Shown: one piece after another, positions 9,932 through 20,836 of the stretch
How positions within the stretch are numbered: the stretch's first letter is position 1
How the letters are laid out: every line of letters begins with the position of its first letter
From: Candidatus Bathyarchaeota archaeon
Lineage (GTDB): Archaea > Thermoproteota > Bathyarchaeia > Bathyarchaeales > Bathycorpusculaceae
Assembly: GCA_963717465.1 (NCBI GenBank)
Contig: OY970340.1
Location: forward strand, 2,944,001-3,008,000
Length of the DNA: 64,000 nt
Direction of reading: 5' to 3'
Translations under genes and position numbers: made by a program
The notes under the pieces: model-generated
Database searches by the model: none
Seen by the model: the letters and a program-made list of their open reading frames with translations, nothing else
Told to the model about the DNA's origin: nothing

Positions 9932-10484
9932 ATGTCTGCTTGGGCAGGGAAGAAAGCAAAGAAAACTGTTACCGCTTCTTTTCGGATTGATGAAGACCCA
10001 TTCCTAGCGCTCCAAGAAGAAGCTCATCGGAACAAGATAAGCCTCAATACCTTAGTAAACCAAGTGCTCACCTTTTACGTGAAAACCGATCATAACCAAC
10101 CGACCAGACCAGTAAGGGTTACAGACATAACATTGCGCAGATTTCTGGAAGCAATACCTAACGACGAACTTGCACGGATCTCGAAAGAACGTGCGGAAGA
10201 GTATGCTAAGATCCTAATTAAAACAAGATACGGCGGGTTCAATTTGACGAATATTTTGCGCTATGAGTGTGACTTATGTCAATATTGGGGATGGGGCACA
10301 TATAGCGAAAGACAGCTATAAACGGGGAAGACGCTTGGTAACCATCGAGCACAGTTTAGGGAAGAAGGGTTCAATTTTGGTCAGCAATATTATGAGAACC
10401 CTACTCGAAATGGCGGGGTTGAAACCAGAAATCACTGAAACCGACGTCGCTATCACAATGGAAATCCCGAACGTTGGATCCTAA
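9932..10484 (+). CDS. Ribbon-helix-helix DNA-binding protein with a possible V4R-like C-terminal domain; frameshift near 10315
   Basis: TVTASFRIDEDPFLALQEEAHRNKISLNTLVNQVL is RHH-like; ORF 10263..10484 supplies the C-terminus (LVTIEHSLGKKGS). Confidence 0.65.
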
Positions 10485-10732
10485 CGGCGATTCATCGCCC
10501 TCTGCCGTGCCTTTTCGACTATCTTTTGAATCTGCTCTAGCGTCACTTTGTCTTGATCGTACTCGACTATGAGTAAGCGAGAGACATGATTTGCTTCGAC
10601 ATCGAAGACGCCGTCGATTTTGGAAACCGCCCTTCGCGCAAACTCCAGTCCGTGAGGGGCTTGGCCGTTCTCGATAAGAATCATACTTTTCGCCTTTCTC
10701 GGCACGGTATCTGCCAATATTTTCATCCTCAC
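10481..10732 (-). CDS. HMA/CopZ-fold small protein lacking the CxxC motif
   Basis: AVSKIDGVFDVEAN...LIVEYDQDKVTLEQIQKIVEK matches the HMA fold; the protein contains no cysteine. Confidence 0.65.
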   Translation of the reverse strand: MRMKILADTVPRKAKSMILIENGQAPHGLEFARRAVSKIDGVFDVEANHVSRLLIVEYDQDKVTLEQIQKIVEKARQRAMNRR

Positions 10733-10861
10733 ACAATCTGAATAATTGAAAGGTGGGCATGCGTATAACTACGGTGTATTTTTTGCAATTAAATGTAATG
10801 AAAAAATACGTCCCCCTAAAATAGCTAAAACTGCTCCGAAACTATAATTGGAGGTATTTAA

Positions 10862-11683
10862 ATGGAGCGAATGATCGTAGTGATCTTTGAAAATGAGCTT
10901 AAAGCTTACGACGGTTCTCGAGCTCTATCAGAGCTCGACGCCGAAGGAAGCATATCAATCCACGCAAAAGCTGTTATAATGAAAAACTCGGAGAAAACGC
11001 TTAACATTAAGCAAGAGGACGATGAGTTTCCAATGCGCACGGTTGGCGGAACAGCAATTGGTGCGCTAATAGGCCTTCTAGGCGGACCCATCGGCTTGGG
11101 CATCGGCGCAATAGCAGGAGTTTTGACTGGAAGCATTTTGGACTTGAACCGGGCTGAAGTCAACACAGAGTTCCTTGATGAGGTATCCAACAAACTTACT
11201 CCTGGTAAATGGGCGATAGTTGCAGACATCAGCGAAGAATGGGAAACCCCTGTTGACTCTCGAATGGCAGTTCTTGGCGGAACAGTGTTTCGTGCTACCC
11301 GGCAAAGTGTTGGACACGAGCAACATACAAGAGAGGTGGCGGCTATAAAGGCGAACATTACTCAGTTGAAGGCAGAACAAGCTAAAGCACAGACAGACCA
11401 AAAAGCCAAGATCCAAGCAAAAATTGACGCCTTAAACAAGAAACTTGGCACTAAGTTAGAGCAAGCAAAGCAGAGAGCAAAGCAACAGCAAGAAGAAGCC
11501 AAAGCTAAAGTGGATGCTTTAGAGAAGAAAGCAGCAAAGGCCAAGGGTGAGACAAAGGCTAAAATTAAAGAACGAATCGTCGAAATCAAAGAGGAAGCCG
11601 AAAGAGAAGCAGACGCCTTTGACAAGTGGTGCGAAATGAACGAAGAAGATGTTGAAAAGTGGATGACTGGTGAAAGCAATTGA
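10862..11683 (+). CDS. DUF1269-family membrane protein with C-terminal coiled coil
   Basis: Gly-zipper GGTAIGALIGLLGGPIGLGIGAIAG, FLDEVSNKLTPGK, long A/K/E/Q-rich helix; GGAGG ribosome-binding site. Confidence 0.85.
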   Translation: MERMIVVIFENELKAYDGSRALSELDAEGSISIHAKAVIMKNSEKTLNIKQEDDEFPMRTVGGTAIGALIGLLGGPIGLGIGAIAGVLTGSILDLNRAEVNTEFLDEVSNKLTPGKWAIVADISEEWETPVDSRMAVLGGTVFRATRQSVGHEQHTREVAAIKANITQLKAEQAKAQTDQKAKIQAKIDALNKKLGTKLEQAKQRAKQQQEEAKAKVDALEKKAAKAKGETKAKIKERIVEIKEEAEREADAFDKWCEMNEEDVEKWMTGESN

Positions 11684-12264
11684 ACGTGTTGAAGCAGCCA
11701 GGTTGGCTTCGCGGCTTAGAAATATTTACTGGCTTATTAGCCATGGTGCTCGGCGTTCTAGTCCTTGTTTTTCCAGGCCTAGGCGTCGCAAGCCTTGTCG
11801 CCTTGCTGTCAATTGGCCTTTTGTTTATGGGGATCAGATCAATCTCTTTAGTAGGTTACAGTAGCCTACCCCGCGGCCTAAGAGCAGTAAGTATAGTTTC
11901 AGGAATATTATCTGTGATTCTTGCAGTGCTAGTTTTACTGTTTCCAGGGTACGGCGTTCTTACTCTATTGCTATTAGTATCGCTTGGCCTGGTTGCTTAT
12001 GGTGTTGGAAGGATATATTTAGCTTCTACGCTCAAAGCGACGACAGGCTGGATAAAAGGCATGATGGTTACAGTGGGTGTGGTTGACCTTATCCTGTCTA
12101 TTGTGGTGCTAGCCATTCCTAATCTTGCATTGGTGACGTTCGCAGTTGTCCTTTCTGTAGCGCTGCTTGTTAGTGGTGCTGAGATGATTGTTTCAGGAGC
12201 GATTGGCCGCACATGGCTAGGTGAATTTGTGAAAGCTATGAAAGATGAAATGGGTGCAACATAA
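11680..12264 (+). CDS. HdeD/DUF308-family membrane protein
   Basis: Repeated G-x-L-x-x-x-L-G/A-V-L-V-L-x-F-P helical hairpins, about 6 TM; overlaps the previous stop by 4 nt. Confidence 0.8.
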   Translation: MNVLKQPGWLRGLEIFTGLLAMVLGVLVLVFPGLGVASLVALLSIGLLFMGIRSISLVGYSSLPRGLRAVSIVSGILSVILAVLVLLFPGYGVLTLLLLVSLGLVAYGVGRIYLASTLKATTGWIKGMMVTVGVVDLILSIVVLAIPNLALVTFAVVLSVALLVSGAEMIVSGAIGRTWLGEFVKAMKDEMGAT

Positions 12265-12329
12265 ATGTTCACTCATGACTTTTCTTCTCTTATAATTATG
12301 TCAAAAAGGATATTGGGAAGGGATCGTTC

Positions 12330-13013
12330 ATGTTGAACAACAGACAAATTTTTGGTCAAAGTAGGGCAATCAACTCCTACGTTCAAAAAGTGTATTTCTG
12401 GATGTTCATAGGTTTGATGATTACAAGCGTTACTGCCTACATTGTTTCACAGGATCCAGATATATACAACTTCATACTGGGCAATGATATTGTTTTTTAC
12501 GGTTTATTGATAGCACAGCTTGTCGCTATAGTTAGCGTTGTTGCGTTCATAAATCGAATACCAGACAATCTTGCAGAAATCACATTTGGACTATACTGTT
12601 TCCTTACCGGCCTGACTCTTTCAGCAATCTTTCTAGAATTTTCAATAACTTCCATAGCTTCTGTGGTTTTAGTTACTGCTGCCATGTTTGGATTCATGAG
12701 TCTTTACGGCTACTTAACGAGGACAAATCTTACATCGGTAGGCAACATTGCAACCATGGCCTTATTCGGAATCATTCTGGCATTAATCGTCAACCTATTC
12801 ATTGAAAATTCACTACTTAATATGTTGCTCAGCATTTTTGGTGTAATAGTCTTTTCAGCACTTGTAGCATATGACACACAGAAAATCAAAAACAGTTTCA
12901 TGGATAACTATGATCCGATAAAGAAGGAAATACTGGGAGCCCTCGACCTCTACTTGGATTTTGTAAACATCTTCCTGGACCTGATAAGATTGATAGGAAA
13001 AAGAAAATCGTAA
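12330..13013 (+). CDS. Bax inhibitor-1/YccA family membrane protein
   Basis: KVYFWMFIGL, AYDTQKIK, GALDLYLDFVNIFL. Confidence 0.95.
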   Translation: MLNNRQIFGQSRAINSYVQKVYFWMFIGLMITSVTAYIVSQDPDIYNFILGNDIVFYGLLIAQLVAIVSVVAFINRIPDNLAEITFGLYCFLTGLTLSAIFLEFSITSIASVVLVTAAMFGFMSLYGYLTRTNLTSVGNIATMALFGIILALIVNLFIENSLLNMLLSIFGVIVFSALVAYDTQKIKNSFMDNYDPIKKEILGALDLYLDFVNIFLDLIRLIGKRKS

Positions 13014-13264
13014 GTTTATTTTGGATTTTCTAAAGACAGTGACTGATCGAGCGAGCGAAGGAATTCCTGAGAGAGTATGAGTGTATGAGTAATGTTTGGG
13101 GGGATTAAATTTTAATCTTTCTCTCTTGATTCATAACTTCCTATTTCCTTACTCTCTCTAAAAAAAACTAACTCACAACCACGCCGACACACGCTAACCA
13201 GGACTGACTTTAAACCTCAGCCTCTAACCGTCTCTTCTTATCACTCTCTCCCACGCTTTCTTTC

Positions 13265-13301
13265 GTTAGGTCGTTCGTTCCAGTTAGTTAGGTCATTCGT
13301 T
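13265..13301. repeat. Pair of 15-bp direct repeats, 22-bp period
   Basis: GTTAGGTCGTTCGTT (13265-13279) and GTTAGGTCATTCGTT (13287-13301). Confidence 0.7.
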
Positions 13302-13330
13302 TGCCCGCGCATGCTTGTTGAGACGCTTCG

Positions 13331-13608
13331 AGGAAGAAGCTTGTGGAGCATCCGTTTGGGACTATAAAGCGAGCGTTTAATCAGGGTTATCTTTTGCTTA
13401 GTGGACTTAGGAAAGTGAGCGGAGAAGTCGGCTTCACTATGCTGGCTTACAATATGAGGCGGGTTCTGAACATTCATGGACCTGGGTTCATGCGGGTTTT
13501 CTGGTGAAGTCGGGGAACAATGGAAGTAGAAAGGTAGAGAAACATGGTTTTAGCGCTCTTGAAGCATCCCGGATGCGCAAGGTAAACAGTGAATTTTCCC
13601 ACGGTCTC
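13331..13608 (+). mobile_element. IS1182-family transposase C-terminal remnant with probable right end
   Basis: 13331..13507 reads RKKLVEHPFGTIKRAFNQGYLLLSGLRKVSGEVGFTMLAYNMRRVLNIHG (VEHPFGTIK and AYN motifs). TTTTCCCACGGTCT near 13594-13607 resembles IS1182-type ends. Confidence 0.8.
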
Positions 13609-13808
13609 TGTTCCTAAATTAATTTTTGAGGCTCATAATTCTTTTCCACGTTATGGTTTTGGCTTTGCATCATTAGCGGTTTCCTACATTAAACGTTATT
13701 CAAGGAAAAAACCAAAAAGGGCTACTGGATATGCAATTTGTTGTCTCTTTTTGTAGGCACATAAGTTTATTTTTGTTTTGTGATTAGCCAGTATTCGATG
13801 GGGTCTCT

Positions 13809-16641
13809 TTGAGTAAAAAGACTAGCCAAAGCTATGCAGAATCATTAAATATAAGTGAGATAGGCGAAAAATATGTTTACTTGTTTGCCGAAGGCGATGG
13901 CAAGAATAAGCAACTTTTAGGCGGAAAAGGCGCCGGTCTATGTGAGATGACTCAAATTGGTTTACCTGTGCCGCCTGGCTTCGTAATCACCACACAGGCA
14001 TGCCTTGAATATTTTGAGCAAGATTTCAAGCTTCCCAAAGGCTTAACTGGTCAAGTTAGGGAGGCAATGGAGCAAATTGAAAAAGCCATGCGACCTAGGT
14101 TTCGGAAACCGTCAACAGCCTCTTTTAGTTTCAGTAAGAAGTGGCGCATCTGTATCCATGCCAGGAATGATGGATACCGTGCTAAATTTAGGTATTAACG
14201 ATGAAACTATCTTAGGACTCATAAAGCAAAGCGGTGATGAACGCTTCGGTTGGGATTCTTATCGGCGCTTTATCTCGCTTTTCAGCGCAATCGTGTTAAA
14301 CATTGACGGGAGAATTTTTCATGAATCAATGGAATCGCTAAAGCAACGCAAGAAAGCAAAGTTTGACACAGATTTAACGGCAAGAGATCTTAAAGAACTA
14401 GTTGAAGAATATAAGACCATTGTTTTGAAAAATTATGGTAAACCTATTCCTCAGGATGTTTTCGAGCAGCTTTTTATGGCTATTGAAGCGGTTTTTTCTT
14501 CATGGAACGGTAAGAGAGCCGTTGATTATCGACGAGAATTTAAAATCACCCCGGAAATTGCCAATGGGACAGCGTGTAATGTTCAAACAATGGTTTTTGG
14601 CAATATAGGTGAAAATTCAGCGACTGGTGTTGCTTTCACGAGAGATCCTGGAACAGGAGAAAACGTCATTTTTGGCGATTGGTTGGAAAAGGCACAAGGC
14701 GAGGATATTGTGGCGGGAATCAGGACGCCTAGACCGATTTCAGAAATGAAAAAGATCATGCCTAAAATGCATAAGGCATTGTTAAATGTCAAGCAAACGC
14801 TGGAAGATCATTTCAGGGAAGTGCAAGATTTTGAATTCACCATTCAAAATGGCAAATTGTTCATGCTACAAACCAGAAATGGAAAAATGAACGCTGTTGC
14901 AGCCATGAAAACATCCGTTGACATGGTTAATGATGGCTTAATAACAAAAGAAAAAGCTTTGCTAAGAATCAACCCAATGCAGTTAACACAGTTAATGTAT
15001 AATCAAATAGACCCAAAAAACACTGTTCCACCTATCGCAGTTGGACTTGGCGCTTCACCAGGAGCAGCAACCGGCGAGGTGGTTTTTGATGCGGACGAGG
15101 CAGAACGGCTAGGTAAAACTGGAAAAAAAGTTATTTTGGTTAGAGAGCAAACAAAACCAGAAGATATACATGGTTTCTTTGCTGCACAAGGCATCTTAAC
15201 AAGTATCGGAGGAAAAACTAGTCACGCTGCAGTCGTAGCCAGAGGTATGGGTAAACCATGCGTTTCAGGCGCTGCAGATATAAAAATTAACAATTTTGAA
15301 AAGACTGCATCAGTAGGCAATGTGCTAATCCAACAGGGGTCAACCATTACGATTGACGGAGCTTCCGGAAAGGTTTGGCAAGGCGAGATAGCTATGGTTG
15401 AACCTGAAATTTCTGAGAATATGGCCACTATCTTGCGTTGGGCTGACGAGTTTAGAAGGCTGGATGTAAGAACGAACGCAGATACCCCATCTGACGCTGA
15501 AAAAGCGTTAAAGTTCGGTGCCCAAGGAATCGGTTTATGCCGCACTGAACGAATGTTTAACGCTGCTGCACGCATCGGCATTTTTCAAGAAATGATTTTG
15601 GCTGATAATGTTCAAGAACGAATAGCTGCGCTAAATCGTCTTATGCCGCTTCAAAAAGAGGATTTCAAGGGTATTTTCCTTGCAATGCAGGGTTTACCCG
15701 TAACTATCCGTTTGCTCGATCCGCCACTACACGAGTTTTTGCCGTCTGAGGAGACACTTGAACGTGAAATAGAATCGTTGCAGGGCAGCAGAGAAGCACT
15801 TGAAAAAACCTCAAAGCTTCCAGCGGTTATTCTAGGCATGGAGCCAAAAATGGCGCCTATCCTAAGAGAAGACGAGCATATGCTGTCAAGTCTTGCAGAG
15901 CTTGAAGAATCTGAAGTTGAAAAGAAACGATTAACGCTTCAAAAGATTAAGAAGCTACGCGAGATTAACCCGATGCTTGGACACCGCGGAGTAAGGTTAG
16001 GAATTACTTACCCAGAAATCTACGAAATGCAAGTTCAAGCGATTTTAGAGGCAGCTGGTGAATTGATCAAACAGGATGTCCCAGTAAAAGTAGAAATAAT
16101 GATTCCCCAAGTTTGCACAGCTCAGGAACTAAAACGTGTACATGAAATCATTACACGCATAGAGGAAAGAGTTAAGGATAAACTTGGAATAGATGTCCCT
16201 TACACTTTTGGCACAATGATTGAAGTAGTCCGAGCTTGCATGCGTGCTGGACGGTTAGCTGAAATAGCAGAATTCTTTAGTTTTGGAACCAACGATCTAA
16301 CTCAGTCAACTTTCAGTTTTTCACGTGAAGACGCAGAAAACAAGTTCTTGCCTTTCTACACTGAACACAAGATTCTTCAGGACAACCCCTTTGAAATCCT
16401 AGACGTGAAAGGTGTTGGCAGATTAATGGCAATTACCGTTGAATGGGGACGAAAAAGCAGACCTGACCTGAAAATCGGAATCTGCGGAGAACACGGCGGT
16501 GAACCATCATCCGTTGAGTTCTGTCACACAATTAATCTTGACTACGTTAGTTGCTCGCCATACCGTGTTCCAGTAGCAAGGCTAAGCGCTGCACAAGCTA
16601 ACATTAAAGAAAAGAAAGGCCTGATTAAACCCTATAAATAA
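13809..16641 (+). CDS. ppdK: Pyruvate, phosphate dikinase; frameshift near 14088
   Basis: LLGGKGAGL, PVPPGFVITT, PLLVSVRSGA.SMPGMMDTVLNLG, GGKTSHAAVVARG (phospho-His), GIGLCRTE, FSFGTNDLTQ, GICGEHGG. Confidence 0.97.
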
Positions 16642-16643
16642 AA

Positions 16644-17108
16644 CTATTTCAATCCATTTTCAAGTCTTCTACGGTAAAATTCGTAATCTGGCAAAATCCT
16701 AGCATAGTCTTCACACATTAAGGGCGAAGAAATAATGTAGTCAGCTGACGAACGGTTGCAGGCAGTTGGAATATTCCACACAACAGCCAAACGCAAGAGC
16801 GCTTTAACATCAGGATCATGAGGCTGCTGAGTAAGAGGATCCCAAAAAAAGATTAAAAAATCAATTTCACCTTCGGAAATTCGGGCGCCTACTTGTTGGT
16901 CTCCACCTAATGGACCGCTTTCCAAAACAATTACTTTTAAGCCTAACTCTTTCTCAAGAAGCTTGCCCGTTGTACCCGTTGCGTAGAGATCATGCTGTTG
17001 TAGCGTTCCAATGTTGAATTTTACCCAATCAAGCAAGTCTTCTTTCTTATTATCGTGAGCTACAAGCGCGATTTTTTTTCTTCGCCTAATCATAGCTATT
17101 CGTGTCAT
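16644..17108 (-). CDS. mgsA: Methylglyoxal synthase
   Basis: [54 protein letters not shown]. Confidence 0.96.
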   Translation of the reverse strand: MTRIAMIRRRKKIALVAHDNKKEDLLDWVKFNIGTLQQHDLYATGTTGKLLEKELGLKVIVLESGPLGGDQQVGARISEGEIDFLIFFWDPLTQQPHDPDVKALLRLAVVWNIPTACNRSSADYIISSPLMCEDYARILPDYEFYRRRLENGLK

Positions 17109-17251
17109 GCTAATCTCTCTTTTTATGATAGCACTAGAAAGCTTGCCTAAAATGGTTTCTGCAAAGAAAAGCGGGTTTGCTTTTTCGGGAATAAAGTTCT
17201 TTAGGCTGCTTTTAACCCCTAAATCAGTAACGATGGGAGAGCAAACAAGTC

Positions 17252-17860
17252 ATGGAATCACTGAAAAGTCTAGCTCAAGGCTTTCTAGCCGCGTCAGGAG
17301 TAATCTGGATTTTCAGCATATTTGCGCTCGGCAAAGGCGGCGACACATGGCTCGGCTTATTATATTTACTAATTCTCCTGATCCCAATAATCAGTTCGGT
17401 AATCCTTTGGCGAAAAAACAAAACCCGAACAAAGGAAACATCATTGGACAAATGGCGCAACAGACTTTTCGCCCTGCAAGGCATAGCTTTAGCCTGCTGG
17501 ATGTTTGACATCGCCACTACTTTCTATGCGATAAACATAACTGGTTTAGCAGTTGAGATTAATCCACTTGGGTGGCCACTTGGAGTTCTCGGCGCCTTAG
17601 CCTTTTACGGGCCAGCATTTGTGTTCTTGTACATTTTGCTCTATCGGCTTAAAGATAAAGTGGCACTTTACGGCGCGATTCCGTTAACTTTTTTAGTGAT
17701 TTTTATGGCTACGATGAACCTTAACGCAGGAGCCCAAAACTTCCAAATCTTCGTAGACACAACCGCTTTAACCGCTAATATCCGCTATTTGTTGCTGGCT
17801 TTGCTAATATCCGTCAATTTGACCATTCCAGTAGTGCTGAAAAGAACCAAAATCAACTAA
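17252..17860 (+). CDS. Hypothetical multi-pass membrane protein (DUF5658-like)
   Basis: About 6 TM helices; FDIATTFYAI...VEINPLG motif. Confidence 0.7.
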   Translation: MESLKSLAQGFLAASGVIWIFSIFALGKGGDTWLGLLYLLILLIPIISSVILWRKNKTRTKETSLDKWRNRLFALQGIALACWMFDIATTFYAINITGLAVEINPLGWPLGVLGALAFYGPAFVFLYILLYRLKDKVALYGAIPLTFLVIFMATMNLNAGAQNFQIFVDTTALTANIRYLLLALLISVNLTIPVVLKRTKIN

Positions 17861-18051
17861 TTACTCCTGATACATGCGGCTTAAATCCTTCAGACTTAAT
17901 TTACGAGTTAAATGATGCACCAGGCAGCCCTTGCAAAAAGAAAAATTAAGGTTAGCATAGTGACAATTTATTTAATATGACAAACTTTCGTAAAACAAGT
18001 GCCAGGCCCTTAATTTCAAAGTTGTAGAAGAAAGTAGATATTATCTTTTTA

Positions 18052-18723
18052 CTACGAGGCTGGCGGCAGATTGACAGTGACTGTTTGAACAGGGGAAGTT
18101 GTAACGGGGGTGCTTCCAATTATTTTGCGGTGGTATATTCTTGCCACGATTGCTAATGCTGTTGCTACTACGCCAAGATAAAACGTGTATTGGAAAGCTG
18201 CTACTACTGTAACGCCAATTTGAAGTGAATTGCTGCCTGAATTAAGCATTCCTGTGGGTAATTGTATTATCGACGTGCCCAATAGAGCGAACAGTGGGAC
18301 GCTTAAAGTCACTGCTCCATTGGCGATCATGTTAATTATGAAAGGTATTAGATAGACGATTACCACTAGAGTAACAATGAACCCGATCAGTGTGTATATT
18401 GGTCGTTTGTAGCCATAGCATAAGAGCTGTTTTGAGTAACTTTTCGTTGGCATAACAGAGTAAACAACCAAGATGATGCCGCTGACTACGAAGAGGGCCA
18501 TTGTCATAATGTTTATTGCGAACAAAATGGGAATTACAAAGTTTAGACCTAAAACGCCAAAATTTGTGTAGAACGGGTTAGCGTTAATAACTGCGAATCC
18601 AGTACTACCACTTCCAATTTGCAACTGCCACCAAGGGGTAAATATGGATAAACCAACTACGGCAAGCATCAAAGCGCCACTGACGAGAGCGAACCAATTT
18701 ATCTTACTCATAGTTAATTGCAT
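18052..18723 (-). CDS. Hypothetical membrane protein
   Basis: About 4 TM segments, PWW motif after the first TM; same orientation as the upstream gene with a 17-nt gap. Confidence 0.8.
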   Translation of the reverse strand: MQLTMSKINWFALVSGALMLAVVGLSIFTPWWQLQIGSGSTGFAVINANPFYTNFGVLGLNFVIPILFAINIMTMALFVVSGIILVVYSVMPTKSYSKQLLCYGYKRPIYTLIGFIVTLVVIVYLIPFIINMIANGAVTLSVPLFALLGTSIIQLPTGMLNSGSNSLQIGVTVVAAFQYTFYLGVVATALAIVARIYHRKIIGSTPVTTSPVQTVTVNLPPAS

Positions 18724-18740
18724 GCTTTTTATCCTCCATT

Positions 18741-19397
18741 TTAGCTGTTACCGTTATTATCATTTGAATTGTCATTGCTGTTAGAATTATTGTTGCTGCT
18801 ACCGAATAATCCGCTAAAATCATTGAGATTATCCATGTGTACTATAATACCGCTAACATCAATGTTTAAATTAGAAAATTGAAGGTCACTCATGTCACCT
18901 GTCTGATTGCCACTAGCAAGGTCTTGCAATACAGTTTGACCTTGAGCGCTTGATGCTACTGCTGACAAGGTTATGTTTCCAGTTTGATTTGCCGCTACAT
19001 CTAAAGGTTGATCCAACTGTACAGTGAATAGTTGTGTCCCATTTGAAAATGCAACATTTACACCAAAACTGCTAACATCCAGGGTTTTATCTGTAAGGGG
19101 GTTGGTGAAATTTACAGTTAAAGTGGCTGTGCCTGTTTGATTATCATAAGTTATATTTTCTAATTGGGGCGACTGAAGATTATTAGGATTAACACCAATC
19201 TGAGTCAGAAGTGCTTGCGTGCTATTATTGCCGTTTCCTTGATTGTTGTTGGAATTATTTTGATTCATTAAGCTTAACACTTGGGGCGGAAGGATTAGCC
19301 CTAAGGGGTTGTCCTTGTAGGTGTAACCGACAACGATTAAAGGAATTAGGATACAGCAAACAGTGATTAACCTCAAGATCCACTTAAGTTTATTCAA
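18741..19397 (-). CDS. Membrane-anchored Asn-rich extracellular protein, possible LEA_2/WHy-like beta-sandwich
   Basis: N-terminal TM; LTVNFTNPL...LDVAANQTGNITL; Asn-rich linkers; many N-x-S/T sequons. Confidence 0.7.
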   Translation of the reverse strand: MNKLKWILRLITVCCILIPLIVVGYTYKDNPLGLILPPQVLSLMNQNNSNNNQGNGNNSTQALLTQIGVNPNNLQSPQLENITYDNQTGTATLTVNFTNPLTDKTLDVSSFGVNVAFSNGTQLFTVQLDQPLDVAANQTGNITLSAVASSAQGQTVLQDLASGNQTGDMSDLQFSNLNIDVSGIIVHMDNLNDFSGLFGSSNNNSNSNDNSNDNNGNS

Positions 19398-19715
19398 GTC
19401 ATCACCAGCACGAATGAGACGTATTATTATTATCTCCTTATATTACTTATGAATTTAACATAAGATTGTGCTGACTGAGAATCTGAGCAAATAATCCGAA
19501 AATCGCGAATAAGGAAGGCTAATTGAATTGGAAAATAGGGCATAATTTTTCGACTATGAAGTGGACGTGCTTGGGTAATCGTAAGCGAAGTTATTTCGAT
19601 TCGAAATTTAGATGAAAACTTTTCTAAATACAATTGTAAGGAAAATTTTATATACATAATTTATCTATATGTCTGCCAAACGGTGACTAAATTAATGACA
19701 AAAGGTGGTGATTAA

Positions 19716-20099
19716 GTGATTGGAAAGAAACCGATTTACATAGTAGCCACATTGATTTTAGTTGCTATTGCAGCAATGAGTTTTGCAGCAGCGGCTTTTT
19801 ATATCTATAGCAATGGAAGCGTCGGCCAAAGTGTGACAGTTAATTATAATCTCTCGCCATTGCAAGTATCTCAAAACAATGCTAATGATGTTTGCCAGTA
19901 TACGCTTACAACTACTTTAACAAATAATGGTGCTCCTATGGCTGGACAAAGTGTCACGTTTACCTGGTACAATTCTACTTCGGATACTTGGCAACCTATA
20001 GCTTATGCTATTACAACAGCAAGTGGTTTAGCAACGACTGTCTGGTACGCGACTAGCGATGGAGTTTACAATTTTAACGCTTATTACTACGTCTCTTAA
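19716..20099 (+). CDS. Small secreted Ig-like/beta-rich protein
   Basis: Signal peptide; YTLTTTLTNNGAPMAGQSVTF...TTASGLAT pattern; GGTGGTGA ribosome-binding site and an upstream TTTTATATA box. Confidence 0.75.
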   Translation: MIGKKPIYIVATLILVAIAAMSFAAAAFYIYSNGSVGQSVTVNYNLSPLQVSQNNANDVCQYTLTTTLTNNGAPMAGQSVTFTWYNSTSDTWQPIAYAITTASGLATTVWYATSDGVYNFNAYYYVS

Positions 20100-20262
20100 A
20101 AAAAGAGGGCATTACATTCTTATTTTTTATCAATCGATTTTTTTTAAAAACGCGTAAAAGGAACATTTCAATTCCAAAATCCAATAACAAGTTAACAGAT
20201 GCTAACGTGATGCCGATAATCGATTCTTGAGTTCTGGAGTTCTGAAACGTTAAGAAAAAAAT

Positions 20263-20743
20263 TTAATCCAACTTTTTAGTCATCACGTAGGCGTCTTCGC
20301 CGTCTGAGTAGTAGCCGGGTATTGTCCGTGTTATTTCAAAACCTAGAGTTCTTATAAAGCGTAATTGCACCTTCATTCGTAACTCGGACCTCTAAGAAGC
20401 CCTGTTTAGCCTTATAGTAACGCATGCCATCCAACGCCTTAGTAATCAAGGACTTACCAATGCCCTTACGTCTGTTCGCTGGCAAAACAGCGATTGAAAC
20501 AACATGCCCCTTACGCAAAAGTCCTCCGAAACCAAAATTTGATAACCCAACCTCTATACGGCACATTATATAGCCAACAATTTGTCCCTGATACTCAGCC
20601 ACAATGAATGTTTCGGCAAATCGTTGAAACAAATCAACAAAAAAGTAATCCGTATAGTTTTCTGGAAGACAAACTCGGTTTATATTCATAACACTTTGCA
20701 AGTCGTCTCTAACGAATTTTCGCAAGGTAAACGTTTGCTGCAT
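20263..20743 (-). CDS. Ard1/RimI-type protein N-acetyltransferase; frameshift near 20345
   Basis: CLPENY, GHVVSIAV...RRKGIG, LEVRVTN; the shifted frame continues GFEITRTIPGYYSDGEDAYVMTKKLD to a stop at 20263. Confidence 0.92.
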
Positions 20744-20836
20744 CCTGTCGCCTTACTTATGGCTGTTCATATTTTCCACTTAAATGTTACGCTTTGAAGC
20801 TCTAATAATTCTTTATTTGTCCATGAAGGAAAGATG

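Noticed and set aside
10906..11864. Several long antisense or overlapping ORFs here and elsewhere in the track
   Set aside because: They lie opposite or within well-supported genes and show no independent motifs.
13241..13477. 78-aa minus-strand ORF
   Set aside because: Largely the antisense shadow of the IS1182 transposase remnant.
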